Source: Eukaryota sp. GEM-RC1 (Eukaryota). From it: 64,000 bases of DNA. The notes below the pieces were generated by a model. The model saw only the letters and a program-made list of their open reading frames with translations, was not told where the DNA came from and made no database searches. Every line of letters begins with the position of its first letter. The first letter of the stretch is position 1. Location of the stretch: positions 2,728,001-2,792,000 of the forward strand of contig JAUFOQ010000016.1 in NCBI GenBank assembly GCA_040285855.1, written 5' to 3'. Position numbers and translations under genes: made by a program. Below, one piece after another: positions 22,241-34,722 of the stretch.

Positions 22241-25200
22241 TGCTGCGAACCTATGAGAATCCCATTTTCTGACGGATCCCGCATCGATAGTCGACCCCCT
22301 AGGAACCTTAGCCCAGAGAAATTAGAGATTGCTAACAAAGAATTTGATGACCTGTTCAAGAAAAACTTCGCTGTTCCCAATGAAACTAAATGGTCCTCTC
22401 CCATCCGCCTGGTCACCCATGCTGACAAAGCTCCTCGTCTGACTTGTGATTTTAGTGGCAAGAATGGAATTAATGATCTTTCTCTTACCTTAGATGCCGA
22501 TTTACCCAAAATAGCTGATATGTTGCCTGTCTTGTCGAAAGCCAAGTACATAGCTACTCTTGATTTACCCAAAGCCCTCTGGCAAGTAAAACTCCACCCT
22601 GACGACGTGAAGAAAGCCTCCTTATCTATTCCCGGCCGATCAATTTCATTTACTCGTGCTGCTTTTGCCCTCAAGAACGTCCCAGCATTCTTTCAAAATT
22701 TAATGGTCTCGTTCTTCGCCGATGAAGACATCTTCATTTATATCGACGGTATAATCGTATGTTCTGAAGATTTCTCAAGTCTACTTTCTAAACTCAGAAA
22801 AATCCTACTGAAAGCCCGTGATAAACGAGTTATATTTGGCCTCCGCAAATGTGATTTTCTTACTTACAAAAGTAAAATCGAAATTCTAGGATGCATATTC
22901 CAAAAATCTCAACGCTCGATCATCCCAGACCGGATCAAAGCCATCTGCTCACTCTTCGCGACCAAAGATCTTATCAGAAGTCCGAAGCTTCGTTGGTTCA
23001 ATCAACTTTATTAGAGATTGGATCCCAAACCTCGCATCTGTCCTAGAACCGATTTCCAACCTCCTAAGAAAAACCAACAAAAACATTTGGACCTCCGAGA
23101 CTGAATCCTGTTTCCAAGAAATTTTAAAGCTCATCTCCAGCAATATCCCTCTGAATTTGCCTGACCCCAATGATACTATTCTGATTTCAACCGATGCCTC
23201 CGGACTCTCTGGAATTATATGGGAGCAGACAGAAGACTCACTGGAACTCCCCCTGATCGAAAGAAAGACTAGACCTCTCTGCTTCTATAGCAAGAAATTC
23301 ACGGACAGTCAAAAGAATTGGCCTACCATACAGAAGGAGCTGTATGCAATTCTTGCTTCTTTGACTCTTTCCCCATTATCTTCTTTCACCCTGACCCAAC
23401 GGTTCACTCTCTTTTGTGACCACAAAAATGTATTATATTTAATCTCAGCCCCAGAAAAGAACAGAATCGTCACCCGATGGATCCCTATCCTGGCCAACTT
23501 TGAATTTGAGCTCGTTCACACTGCCGGTCAGGACAAGCACTTCGCCGATCTGCTCTCTCGCTGCTTCCCCGAACCTTGATAACTCTAGTATTCTGATGTG
23601 CTCGTCTACGGTGCCGGTTGCAGTCGATGGGAGACACTTGATGGTTGAGGATAGCGAGTTATCATCTTCACAGACTTCTCATCAACCCTCAGGACCTGTT
23701 TTTAGTAATAGGGCTTCTGGAGCAACGTCCCTAATGTCGACGCTGATGATGCAAAAATTTATCGAGCAGAGTGAAGGGCTCAGCAGAGAAGAACAAGTAC
23801 AACTATACTGGGAAAGAAAAGACGCCTTTTTCGCCGAACATAAACGACTCCAGAAACATGTAGACGAACTAGATGCCGAAATCAAACAAGCCGCTGATGA
23901 ACAACTCCGTCTGCTTCTGGAAAGAGATGCTGCTGTTGCTCTGGTCGAAGAAAAAAGAAAAGACCATGACTACCTAAGAGAATATGGTCTCTACATCGAC
24001 GCTGACGGCCACATGTGTCAATTGTCCTCTGACTCAGATGATGAATTTCGTATCTATATGACTGACGTACCAGATCATATAGAGCTCAGTAGCTCTGATG
24101 AGTCTCACATCGTCATCGTAGATGATGAGCATCCCCCAATGCTCGAAGACCTGTCGTCGATCGAAGCGATCGATGCTGATTACCGTCTTTTCCCTCAGCT
24201 GATCCGAGACACCTCGGACTTCCTGGGAATCACGAATTCCCCTTCAACCTCCGCTATAATCCCAGTCTCTTCTGAAGACGAAAACGACCTCTATGAACAA
24301 TTCCTTGGTGAATCGCTTAAAGACACTCGCCTCTTCGACAACCTTGACAACCAACTGCCTGACCCTTGGAACCTCCTATCAACATTAACATCCACCCTAG
24401 ACCGGATATTCCCCTTGCTCCCTCGAACTTCGATTATGTAGGTATCCATGACAACGCCGGATACTACAGTCCTTGTACCGACCCTGCTCACCCTGATGAG
24501 GGTCCTTTTGATATTATGATCGCCACCCTTGACGATGCTAGAGCAATTGAATCCGAAATCGACGAAGACAACCTGTTCGCTGAACGTTTAACCATTGATA
24601 ACTTAGCTCACAACCCGCTAAGCAGTTCAGATAGTGACCTTCCCGAAGAAACTTCCTGGTCACAGATTCCCGACCCCAGCTACGTTTTTAACGATTGGCT
24701 TCAGCTCTATGCCAAGAACAAGAGAAAGCCACTGCCAACAACGACGTCACCATGACCACATACACAGAACTTATTTCTATGACCGCTAACGACAAAGATT
24801 ATGTGCTCACTTGGAACCACAGAAAGAAGAAGTTCGTTATTCCTGACTCCTTGAAACGACATTTACTTCTGACAATCCATGGATCCACTAGAGCAGGCAC
24901 CCGTCGAAGAAAGACTCTATCTCCGCCGTAATCAGAAGCGATTATTGGTGGCCAAATTGTGTTTATGACATGAATACCCATGTAAAAAATTGTATCCCGT
25001 GTCAAAAGACCGCTCCTGTCCCTGAACTGAAACTCCCCTCCTCCGGAAATCTCTGATCAGACTGCCCATTCCAATGACTACACGCTGATGTAATTAGCCC
25101 GCTATCTTCTGACTCAGAAGATTACAAATACATACTAGTATTTGTCTGCTCGTTCTCTAGGTTCACCATCCTAGTACCCCTCGAAATTCTCAACGCTCAG

Positions 25201-26589
25201 GAAGTCTCGTATGCGATACTCTGGAACGCGGTTGGCAACTACGGTATTCCATCGCAAATCCTAAGTGACAATGGACCGGAGTTCGCCAACGCCGTTAATA
25301 AAAGTTTATGTTTGTTCTTGAACATCGAAAAGAAATTCTCAACCCCCTATTTTCATCAGGTTAACGGACTGGTAGAAAGAAGGCACCGAGAAGTCTTGCA
25401 AACCCTTCGCCGCCTGCTCATTGACCTCCAAGCACATGCCAATTGGAGCACGTACATTCCAATTACCCAACTGATCCTAAACACCAGAACCAGTTCCATT
25501 ACAAATTTCACCCCCTTCGAGCTTATCTTCGGCTCTAAAATTGATCCCAGACAACTTCCCCTTCAAGTCATCCAGAACTGTACTGTAGATGATCACTTAC
25601 CGCAGTATTAATACGTTGATTCCTTGAAACAGAAAACTTCAACTATCTTAAACTAGTGGAAAGAGGCAGAAAACTCCTATTAATCTCAAAAAAGATCAGT
25701 TTCATCCAGGAACTCTGCTACCAACAAGAAACTCATCAACGACATCCAACAAGGAGACTTCGTCTTGAAACTCAGTGAACACCCATTCAAGACTCATGGA
25801 AAGTGGACTGGCCCCTACTTAGTTGAGACTTTTTCTTATCACCCCTCGAATTGTCTCATCCGTAATTTCATCACAGGAATCTCGGTTAAATGCTCTCATT
25901 TTTCTCTTTGTCACGTTAACAAATGCCACACCAACCACTCTGAGAACGTTCTACAAGCCTACGCCGCTACCGACTCGGAAGAAGTCATCATCGACAAACT
26001 TATTGATCATGACTTGACCTCTCCTCAAGACCCCAAGTACCTAGTCCGCTGGCTGGACGGTACTACCACATGGGAAGGCCGCTCTGTAGAAAATACAGCC
26101 GCTTACTACACTTACCGCAGAAAGTACATTGACGAACCTCCTCAAGCTAAAGGTCCTTCAACTGCCCGTGCCAACTCTAAACTATACGCTGCTTGGAAAG
26201 CCCAACACCACAAGGCCGCTCCTGTTGTAGCCCGCAATCAGCACCGTATGGAAACAAGAAATCGTACGTCCCACTAGGTTATTTTTAATTTGAATTACCC
26301 AATAAGAAGAAAATGCAGTGTTGTAGTTGTAGATTTTTTTAATTTCATATTAGGTTTTTATCTTCCCCCTTACAACTATAGAGGTTCGTTCCTTATAAAG
26401 GTTCTCCTCTTCCAAGTATGTATTCCTATAGTGCACAAAGACCAACAGTAATTACTGTGAGCAATCCCCATTCTACCAACTCACTATCAGCACCGCTCTT
26501 GAACGGAACCTCCCGTATCGAGTCATGTAAGTTCTTGGAAGACCTCCAAGCTTATGTTGCTGCTCTTCAAGCTTCCGAAGCATTGTCCC
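22241..26589 (+). mobile_element. Family B longest copy B3: RT, RNase H, long acidic linker, integrase, chromodomain, putative LTR, start of next gag
   Basis: LDLPKALWQ, AFALKNVP, YIDG (degenerate YxDD), STDASG, WPTIQKELYA, FCDHKN, ADLLSR; colinear with family A pol. Confidence 0.92.
22253..23579 (+). pseudogene. pol: Family B reverse transcriptase and RNase H, frameshifted, catalytic YxDD reads YIDG
   Basis: ORFs 22253-23014 and 23157-23579. Confidence 0.9.
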
Positions 26590-29500
26590 ATAAGGGATGT
26601 GTTCAGTGTAACGATTCTTTGTTGCGTTTAGCTGGAGTTGTACGAAGGGAAGGTATTCGGTCCAGTTGTCGAATGTTCCAAAGTCGATTAGGAAACGTTG
26701 AAGATTTCTTAAGACATCGCGATGACGTCTCTCGACTAACCCGTTAGATTGAGAAAAGTGGGGGATGGATGTTGTGTTATCAATTGCCAGCAGTTGACAG
26801 ACTGCGTTGAATGTTGCGTTAGCAAATTCAGGACCGTTGTCGCTGTGGATGGAATAGGGGATACCGAATATACCACATACGTTGAACACGAGTGCATATG
26901 CAACTTCTTTAGCGTTCAGTTCATTGATTGGGGCTAATATAGTGAATCTTGTGAAAGAATCTACAAATACTAGGATGTAACGGTTACCTTCAGCGTCAGG
27001 GGATAATGGACCAATAGTGTCTACATTAACTTTGGCGAATGGTTTATCGGCCCAAAGTGATCCTGAGTGAGGGATTTGATCCCTTTTGACAGGGGATGTC
27101 TTTTGGCATGAGGGACAGCTCTTGATATGATTGACTAGATCGTCTTTCATGTTAGGCCACCAGTAGTCGCTGTCGTTAAGGTTTTTAACTGATGTTGCTA
27201 TACTGGGATGACCAGATTGTACTAATCCATGGATGTTGAGCAAGGCGGATTTCCTGAGGGACAAGGGGTTCAGGATTTTCTTGTCGTTGGTTAGATATAA
27301 CTGTACTCTATCGTTGAATGTTGTGTTGTTGAAGAGGGGTTCGTTTGACTCAATCGCTTTGAATTGTTCGGAACGGATTCTGCTCAACCAATTGCTGAAG
27401 ATTGGGAGATCTTTTCGTGCAACTTCACGGAGACTGTTAATTGAGGGGAGATCGGTGTGATCAATTCTTGTAACGGCTACTGGATCATCAGTAGGTTGTG
27501 CAGCGGATTGCTGGATGGGAGATTGGTGAGGACATAACCGTGAGAGCATGTCTGCCCAGTGGTTGTCAACTCCAGATGTGTGTACGATGTCGAATTGGTA
27601 TTCTGAAAGTACGAAGAGCCATCTTTTAACCATTCTGTTCTTATCGGGACACGAAATGAGGTATGCTAGGTTCTTGTGATCTGTGAAGATTGTAAGGTGC
27701 CTAGTCTTGAGGAAGTTAGCCAAGCTCGACTCAGTCAAGATGATGAGGATGGCGTAAAGCTCTTTCTGGATGGTCGCCCATTGAGCTGAGAATCGGACAG
27801 TATACGGCTGAAGAAACTAATAGGTTGAACCTTTCGTTTTATCAATGGTGTACCTGGTGGACTTGGAGAGATTTCGTTCTAGATGACACCTCCAACAGCA
27901 AGGTCAGAAGCGTCTGCGCTAATGAGGATGTTACTATTGGGGCCAGGAAGGTCGAGTGGTATTTGATGGACTATCAAATTTTTGATTGAATCAAAAGCTC
28001 GTTGGTGTTTGTGTTCCCATTTTACGCCTTTAGGTTTTCCTTTGGTCAGGGCGATAATTGGGGCTAACAATTGGGAGATTCCTGGTAACCAGTCTCTGAT
28101 GTAGTTGATTGTACCTACGAGGCTTCTTACATCTTTTACTGTCTTGGGGTTTGGAATTTCAAGGACAGCTTTGATTCTGACATCATCGATTAATCTGGTT
28201 TTGTTGTGGAAGATACTGCCTAATATCTTGATTGGGTGTTTGTGGGTTACAAACTTGCACTTGTGGATGCCGAGGGTTACTCTAGCGGATTGTGCTTTAT
28301 TGAAAACTGCTCGAAGTCTAGTTATAAATTCATCGAACACTGAAGCTATAACTATGATATCATCTAGATAGATGAAGACTCCATCCATTGCGAAGATCTC
28401 TGTCATCAGGTTTTGGAAAATTGCTGGTACATTTTTCAGGCCGAATGGAGCTCTGGTGAACTTAATTGTTCTGCCAGGGATTGTTAAAGCAGTTTTGTCC
28501 ATATCTTTTGGAGCAACTTTGAGTTGCCAAAAGGCCTTGGGGAGATCGAGAGTTGCAATGAAGTTTGCTGCTGGTAAGAATGTGATCACGTCAGCGATGT
28601 TGGGCAGGTCGGATGCTATCGGGACTGTTGAATCGTTAACACCTCCTGTTCCGCTGTAATCTCCAGTCAGACGTGGTTTCCTATGATCAGGGTACGTGAC
28701 GAGTACTACAGGGCTTGAGAACTTAGATTGTGGGGATGACACGGCGAAACCTTGTTCGATAAGTTCGTCAAAGATGCCATTGGCGATCTTTAGCTTCTCA
28801 GGATTGAAGTAGCGTGGTTTCCTTTTGACGACAGTTGACTCGTCGTGGAAGGGTATTTCCATTGGGGGACAATCTATTCCATCGGGATGAGGAGTCGACT
28901 GGAATATGATCCTGAATTCTTCTAAGAGGGATGTGAGCTCTTCCTCTAGAAGTTGATTGTCTAATTCGATTGTGCAACCGGATTCAACTGGGTTGAATGA
29001 TGTGGAATGATCGGTGTGTCTGGACCTCACTGGTGAGTGTGTGCTCATTAGGTGATCGAATTACGATTCATCTTTAAGATGGTGTTATGTTCTTTTTCTA
29101 GTCTAATGACTAGGCTGTCCTCTGTCAACAGCCCTAATTTGTTTAATAAATCGATTCCGATGAGCATTGTTTTATTACCGGTAACAATAGGGAAGGAGTG
29201 ATTTATATAAACTAGGTTAGCTGCGCTATTGAGCTGGAACGCAAGAACACCTTTGGCTGTGCCTAAGGACGATGTACGGGTGCCATTTGCAGTGATGTAG
29301 GGGATTGTTTCCTGTGAGGTGTTCATCTTGCAGAGATCGACTAAGTCTTGAGTGATGACGGAGACTTGTGCGCCTGAATCTATGGTTCCGGATATTGAAA
29401 CATCGTTAACAGACATGTTCAGGGCAATGAATTTGTCTTGGTTGTTGCGAGTTATACTCATAATCCTGGGTGTATCGTTGAGGATTTCGCTGATAGGATT

Positions 29501-32220
29501 GTTGAGTGTGTGTGAGGTGTAAGAGCTTGGTGTCGAGGTTGTCGACAAAAAATTCAAATAATTATCATTTTTATTACGCTTTAAATCTACATTACCACTA
29601 CCGGATCTGCGTTTTCTTTCTTCAAACTTACCAGCGTTTAAAGAGGATACTCTGCAGTTGGGATCGGGGCACATTTCGACTGTATGGCCAGGCTCTTTGC
29701 AGTACTTACATACTGATTCAGATCCTGTGTCTCTGTGCTTGGGCTTTTGGCGATTCTTACCGGGACCTCTGGGACCTTTGAATTGTCCACGTTTATGAGA
29801 TTTTTTTCGGGGTTCCTATTTCTAACGTCTGAGTCACTGTCAGAGTCGAAGGAGGGACGGAAGTTCTTCAACTTGTTGTATCGAGGGACACTCGCGTTAT
29901 GGAGATAGGGGGCACCTGACTCAGTGATTGGGGGGAGTGGATGGGCGAGTAGTGTCCAGGAATCTAGCATCTGAGATATATTGGGGTCTGACATTCTGAC
30001 GCTGGATGTTCTGGCTGCACCAGTTCAAGTACCGGTCTTTCAGGTCCTTGAACACCTCGACTGTGCTGAGTTGAGCAAAGGAGGCTTTATCTTTGAAGAA
30101 GATCTTCGTGTCCGATCGGATGATTCGAATACCGATGTTGTGGGCAAAGTATTTTAGAATGTCCCGGGCTTCGAAACAGTACAACTGAGTGGTGTTCAGT
30201 TCAATCATGGTGGACATGTTTGCCACGATTGTGAAGCGGCGAAGGAAGTCATCCCAACGCTCTTTGTTGGAGCTCCATGACTTGTCCCAGTCCATGCGGC
30301 ATTCGGCAAGGGCGTTGTCTGCAATCTGGGGGGATTCAAATTGGGAGCTGAGGATTATTCGTTCCCAGATTGCCCAGTTGCATAAGAAGTTGGCGATGGT
30401 GCCATCAGATTTCCACGAGCTCAGGATGTGAGGGTCTACATGGAGTTGAATTCCTCTAATGTCGACGTTTAGCAGAAGGTCTCTGGCTAAATCGAGGCCA
30501 TGACGGGGTTCGCCATAAGTGGTCTTGTTGATGGATAGTACATCCTCGAAAGGAGTGAACAGTTCATCTGCTGTGGTGGGTTCGGCAAGTTGTCTCCAGG
30601 CCAGTACTTGGTTTTCGAGTTCGAGCAGATGTTGGGATATATCAATGCTCTTACCTCGGGCTCTGGAATACCGGTGCCACTCTAGAGCGAAATTCAGGCA
30701 AGAAAACTGGTCGGTTTTCTGCAAGTAAGGCGGTTTGAGCTTGGATTCTCGGCGGGTTTCGTTTTCGAGTTCAGCGAACAACTAAGTCTTGAGTGATGAC
30801 GGAGACTTGTGCGCCTGAATCTATGGTTCCGGATATTGAAACATCGTTAACAGACATGTTCAGGGCAATGAATTTGTCTTGGTTGTTGCGAGTTATACTC
30901 ATAATCCTGGGTGTATCGTTGAGGATTTCGCTGATAGGATTGTTGAGTGTGTGTGAGGTGTAAGAGCTTGGTGTCGAGGTTGTCGACAAAAAATTCAAAT
31001 AATTATCATTTTTATTACGCTTTAAATCTACATTACCACTACCGGATCTGCGTTTTCTTTCTTCAAACTTACCAGCGTTTAAAGAGGATACTCTGCAGTT
31101 GGGATCGGGGCACATTTCGACTGTATGGCCAGGCTCTTTGCAGTACTTACATACTGATTCAGATCCTGTGTCTCTGTGCTTGGGCTTTTGGCGATTCTTA
31201 CCGGGACCTCTGGGACCTTTGAATTGTCCACGTTTATGAGATTTTTTTCGGGGTTCCTATTTCTAACGTCTGAGTCACTGTCAGAGTCGAAGGAGGGACG
31301 GAAGTTCTTCAACTTGTTGTATCGAGGGACACTCGCGTTATGGAGATAGGGGGCACCTGACTCAGTGATTGGGGGGAGTGGATGGGCGAGTAGTGTCCAG
31401 GAATCTAGCATCTGAGATATATTGGGGTCTGACATTCTGACGCTGGATGTTCTGGCTGCACCAGTTCAAGTACCGGTCTTTCAGGTCCTTGAACACCTCG
31501 ACTGTGCTGAGTTGAGCAAAGGAGGCTTTATCTTTGAAGAAGATCTTCGTGTCCGATCGGATGATTCGAATACCGATGTTGTGGGCAAAGTATTTTAGAA
31601 TGTCCTGGGCTTCGAAACAGTACAACTGAGTGGTGTTCAGTTCAATCATGGTGGACATGTTTGCCACGATTGTGAAGCGGCGAAGGAAGTCATCCCAACG
31701 CTCTTTGTTGGAGCTCCATGACTTGTCCCAGTCCATGCGGCATTCGGCAAGGGCGTTGTCTGCAATCTGGGGGGATTCAAATTGGGAGCTGAGGATTATT
31801 CGTTCCCAGATTGCCCAGTTGCATAAGAAGTTGGCGATGGTGCCATCAGATTTCCACGAGCTCAGGATGTGAGGGTCTACATGGAGTTGAATTCCTCTAA
31901 TGTCGACGTTTAGCAGAAGGTCTCTGGCTAAATCGAGGCCATGACGGGGTTCGCCATAAGTGGTCTTGTTGATGGATAGTACATCCTCGAAAGGAGTGAA
32001 CAGTTCATCTGCTGTGGTGGGTTCGGCAAGTTGTCTCCAGGCCAGTACTTGGTTTTCGAGTTCGAGCAGATGTTGGGATATATCAATGCTCTTACCTCGG
32101 GCTCTGGAATACCGGTGCCACTCTAGAGCGAAATTCAGGCAAGAAAACTGGTCGGTTTTCTGCAAGTAAGGCGGTTTGAGCTTGGATTCTCGGCGGGTTT
32201 CGTTTTCGAGTTCAGCGAAC
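26589..32220 (-). mobile_element. Family A copy A3, truncated at both ends, with a 1441-bp internal tandem duplication
   Basis: IN is cut at 26589; premature stop near 27879; frameshift near 29065; 29340-30780 is repeated at 30781-32221. Confidence 0.92.
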
Positions 32221-34722
32221 AATGCTCGAAGACCTGTCGTCGATCGAAGCGATCGATGCTGATTACCGTCTTTTCCCTCAGCTGATCCGAGACACCTCGG
32301 ACTTCCTGGGAATCACGAATTCCCCTTCAACCTCCGCTATAATCCCAGTCTCTTCTGAAGACGAAAACGACCTCTATGAACAATTCCTTGGTGAATCGCT
32401 TAAAGACACTCGCCTCTTCGACAACCTTGACAACCAACTGCCTGACCCTTGGAACCTCCTATCAACATTAACATCCACCCTAGACCGGATATTCCCCTTG
32501 CTCCCTCGAACTTCGATTATGTAGGTATCCATGACAACGCCGGATACTACAGTCCTTGTACCGACCCTGCTCACCCTGATGAGGGTCCTTTTGATATTAT
32601 GATCGCCACCCTTGACGATGCTAGAGCAATTGAATCCGAAATCGACGAAGACAACCTGTTCGCTGAACGTTTAACCATTGATAACTTAGCTCACAACCCG
32701 CTAAGCAGTTCAGATAGTGACCTTCCCGAAGAAACTTCCTGGTCACAGATTCCCGACCCCAGCTACGTTTTTAACGATTGGCTTCAGCTCTATGCCAAGA
32801 ACAAGAGAAAGCCACTGCCAACAACGACGTCACCATGACCACATACACAGAACTTATTTCTATGACCGCTAACGACAAAGATTATGTGCTCACTTGGAAC
32901 CACAGAAAGAAGAAGTTCGTTATTCCTGACTCCTTGAAACGACATTTACTTCTGACAATCCATGGATCCACTAGAGCAGGCCACCCGTCGAAGAAAGACT
33001 CTATCTCCGCCTTAATCAGAAGCGATTATTGGTGGCCAAATTGTGTTTATGACATGAATACCCATGTAAAAAATTGTATCCCGTGTCAAAAGACCGCTCC
33101 TGTCCCTGAACTGAAACTCCCCTCCTCCGGAAATCTCTGATCAGACTGCCCATTCCAATGACTACACGCTGATGTAATTAGCCCGCTATCTTCTGACTCA
33201 GAAGATTACAAATACATACTAGTATTTGTCTGCTCGTTCTCTAGGTTCACCATCCTAGTACCCCTCAAAATTCTCAACGCTCAGGAAGTCGCGTATGCGA
33301 TACTCTGGAACGCGGTTGGCAACTACGGTATTCCATCGCAAATCCTAAGTGACAATGGACCGGAGTTCGCCAACGCCGTTAATAAAAGTTTATGTTTGTT
33401 CTTGAACATCGAAAAGAAATTCTCAACCCCCTATTTTCATCAGGTTAACGGACTGGTAGAAAGAAGGCACCGAGAAGTCTTGCAAACCCTTCGCCGCCTG
33501 CTCATTGACCTCCAAGCACATGCCAATTGGAGCACGTACATTCCAATTACCCAACTGATCCTAAACACCAGAACCAGTTCCATTACAAATTTCACCCCCT
33601 TCGAGCTGATCTTCGGCTCTAAAATTGATCCCAGACAACTTCCCCTTCAAGTCATCCAGAACTGTACTGTAGATGATCACTTACCGCAGTATTAATACGT
33701 TGATTCCTTGAAACAGAAAACTTCAACTATCTTAAACTAGTGGAAAGAGGCAGAAAACTCCTATTAATCTCAAAAAAGATCAGTTTCATCCAGGAACTCT
33801 GCTACCAACAAGAAACTCATCAACGACATCCAACAAGGAGACTTCGTCTTGAAACTCAGTGAACACCCATTCAAGACTCATGGAAAGTGGACTGGCCCCT
33901 ACTTAGTTGAGACTTTTTCTTATCACCCCTCGAATTGTCTCATCCGTAATTTCATCACAGGAATCTCGGTTAAATGCTCTCATTTTTCTCTTTGTCACGT
34001 TAACAAATGCCACACCAACCACTCTGAGAACGTTCTACAAGCCTACGCCGCTACCGACTCGGAAGAAGTCATCATCGACAAACTTATTGATCATGACTTG
34101 ACCTCTCCTCAAGACCCCAAGTACCTAGTCCGCTGGCTGGACGGTACTACCACATGGGAAGGCCGCTCTGTAGAAAATACAGCCGCTTACTACGCTTACC
34201 GCAGAAAGTACATTGACGAACCTCCTCAAGCTAAAGGTCCTTCAACTGCCCGTGCCAACTCTAAACTATACGCTGCTTGGAAAGCCCAACACCACAAGTC
34301 CGCTCCTGTTGTAGCCCGCAATCAGCACCGTATGGAAACAAGAAATCGTACGTCCCACTAGGTTATTTTTAATTTGAATTACCCAATAAGAAGAAAATGC
34401 AGTGTTGTAGTTGTAGATTTTTTAATTTCATATTAGGTTTTTATCTTCCCCCTTACAACTATAGAGGTTCGTTCCTTATAAAGGTTCTCCTCTTCCAAGT
34501 ATGTATTCCTATAGTGCACAAAGACCAACAGTAATTACTGTGAGCAATCCCCATTCTACCAACTCACTATCAGCACCGCTCTTGAACGGAACCTCCCGTA
34601 TCGAGTCATGTAAGTTCTTGGAAGACCTCCAAGCTTATGTTGCTGCTCTTCAAGCTTCCGAAGCATTGTCCCGCCCAAATTTGGGTTTTGACTTATCATG
34701 TACCATAAATTTTGAGTTATCC
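32220..34722 (+). mobile_element. Family B fragment B4
   Basis: Near-identical to B1, including the YAYRR and HKSAP variants. Confidence 0.92.

Noticed and set aside
26418..26747. Apparent fusion ORFs across the B-gag / A-integrase junction
   Set aside because: Read-through across a deletion breakpoint into antisense sequence.
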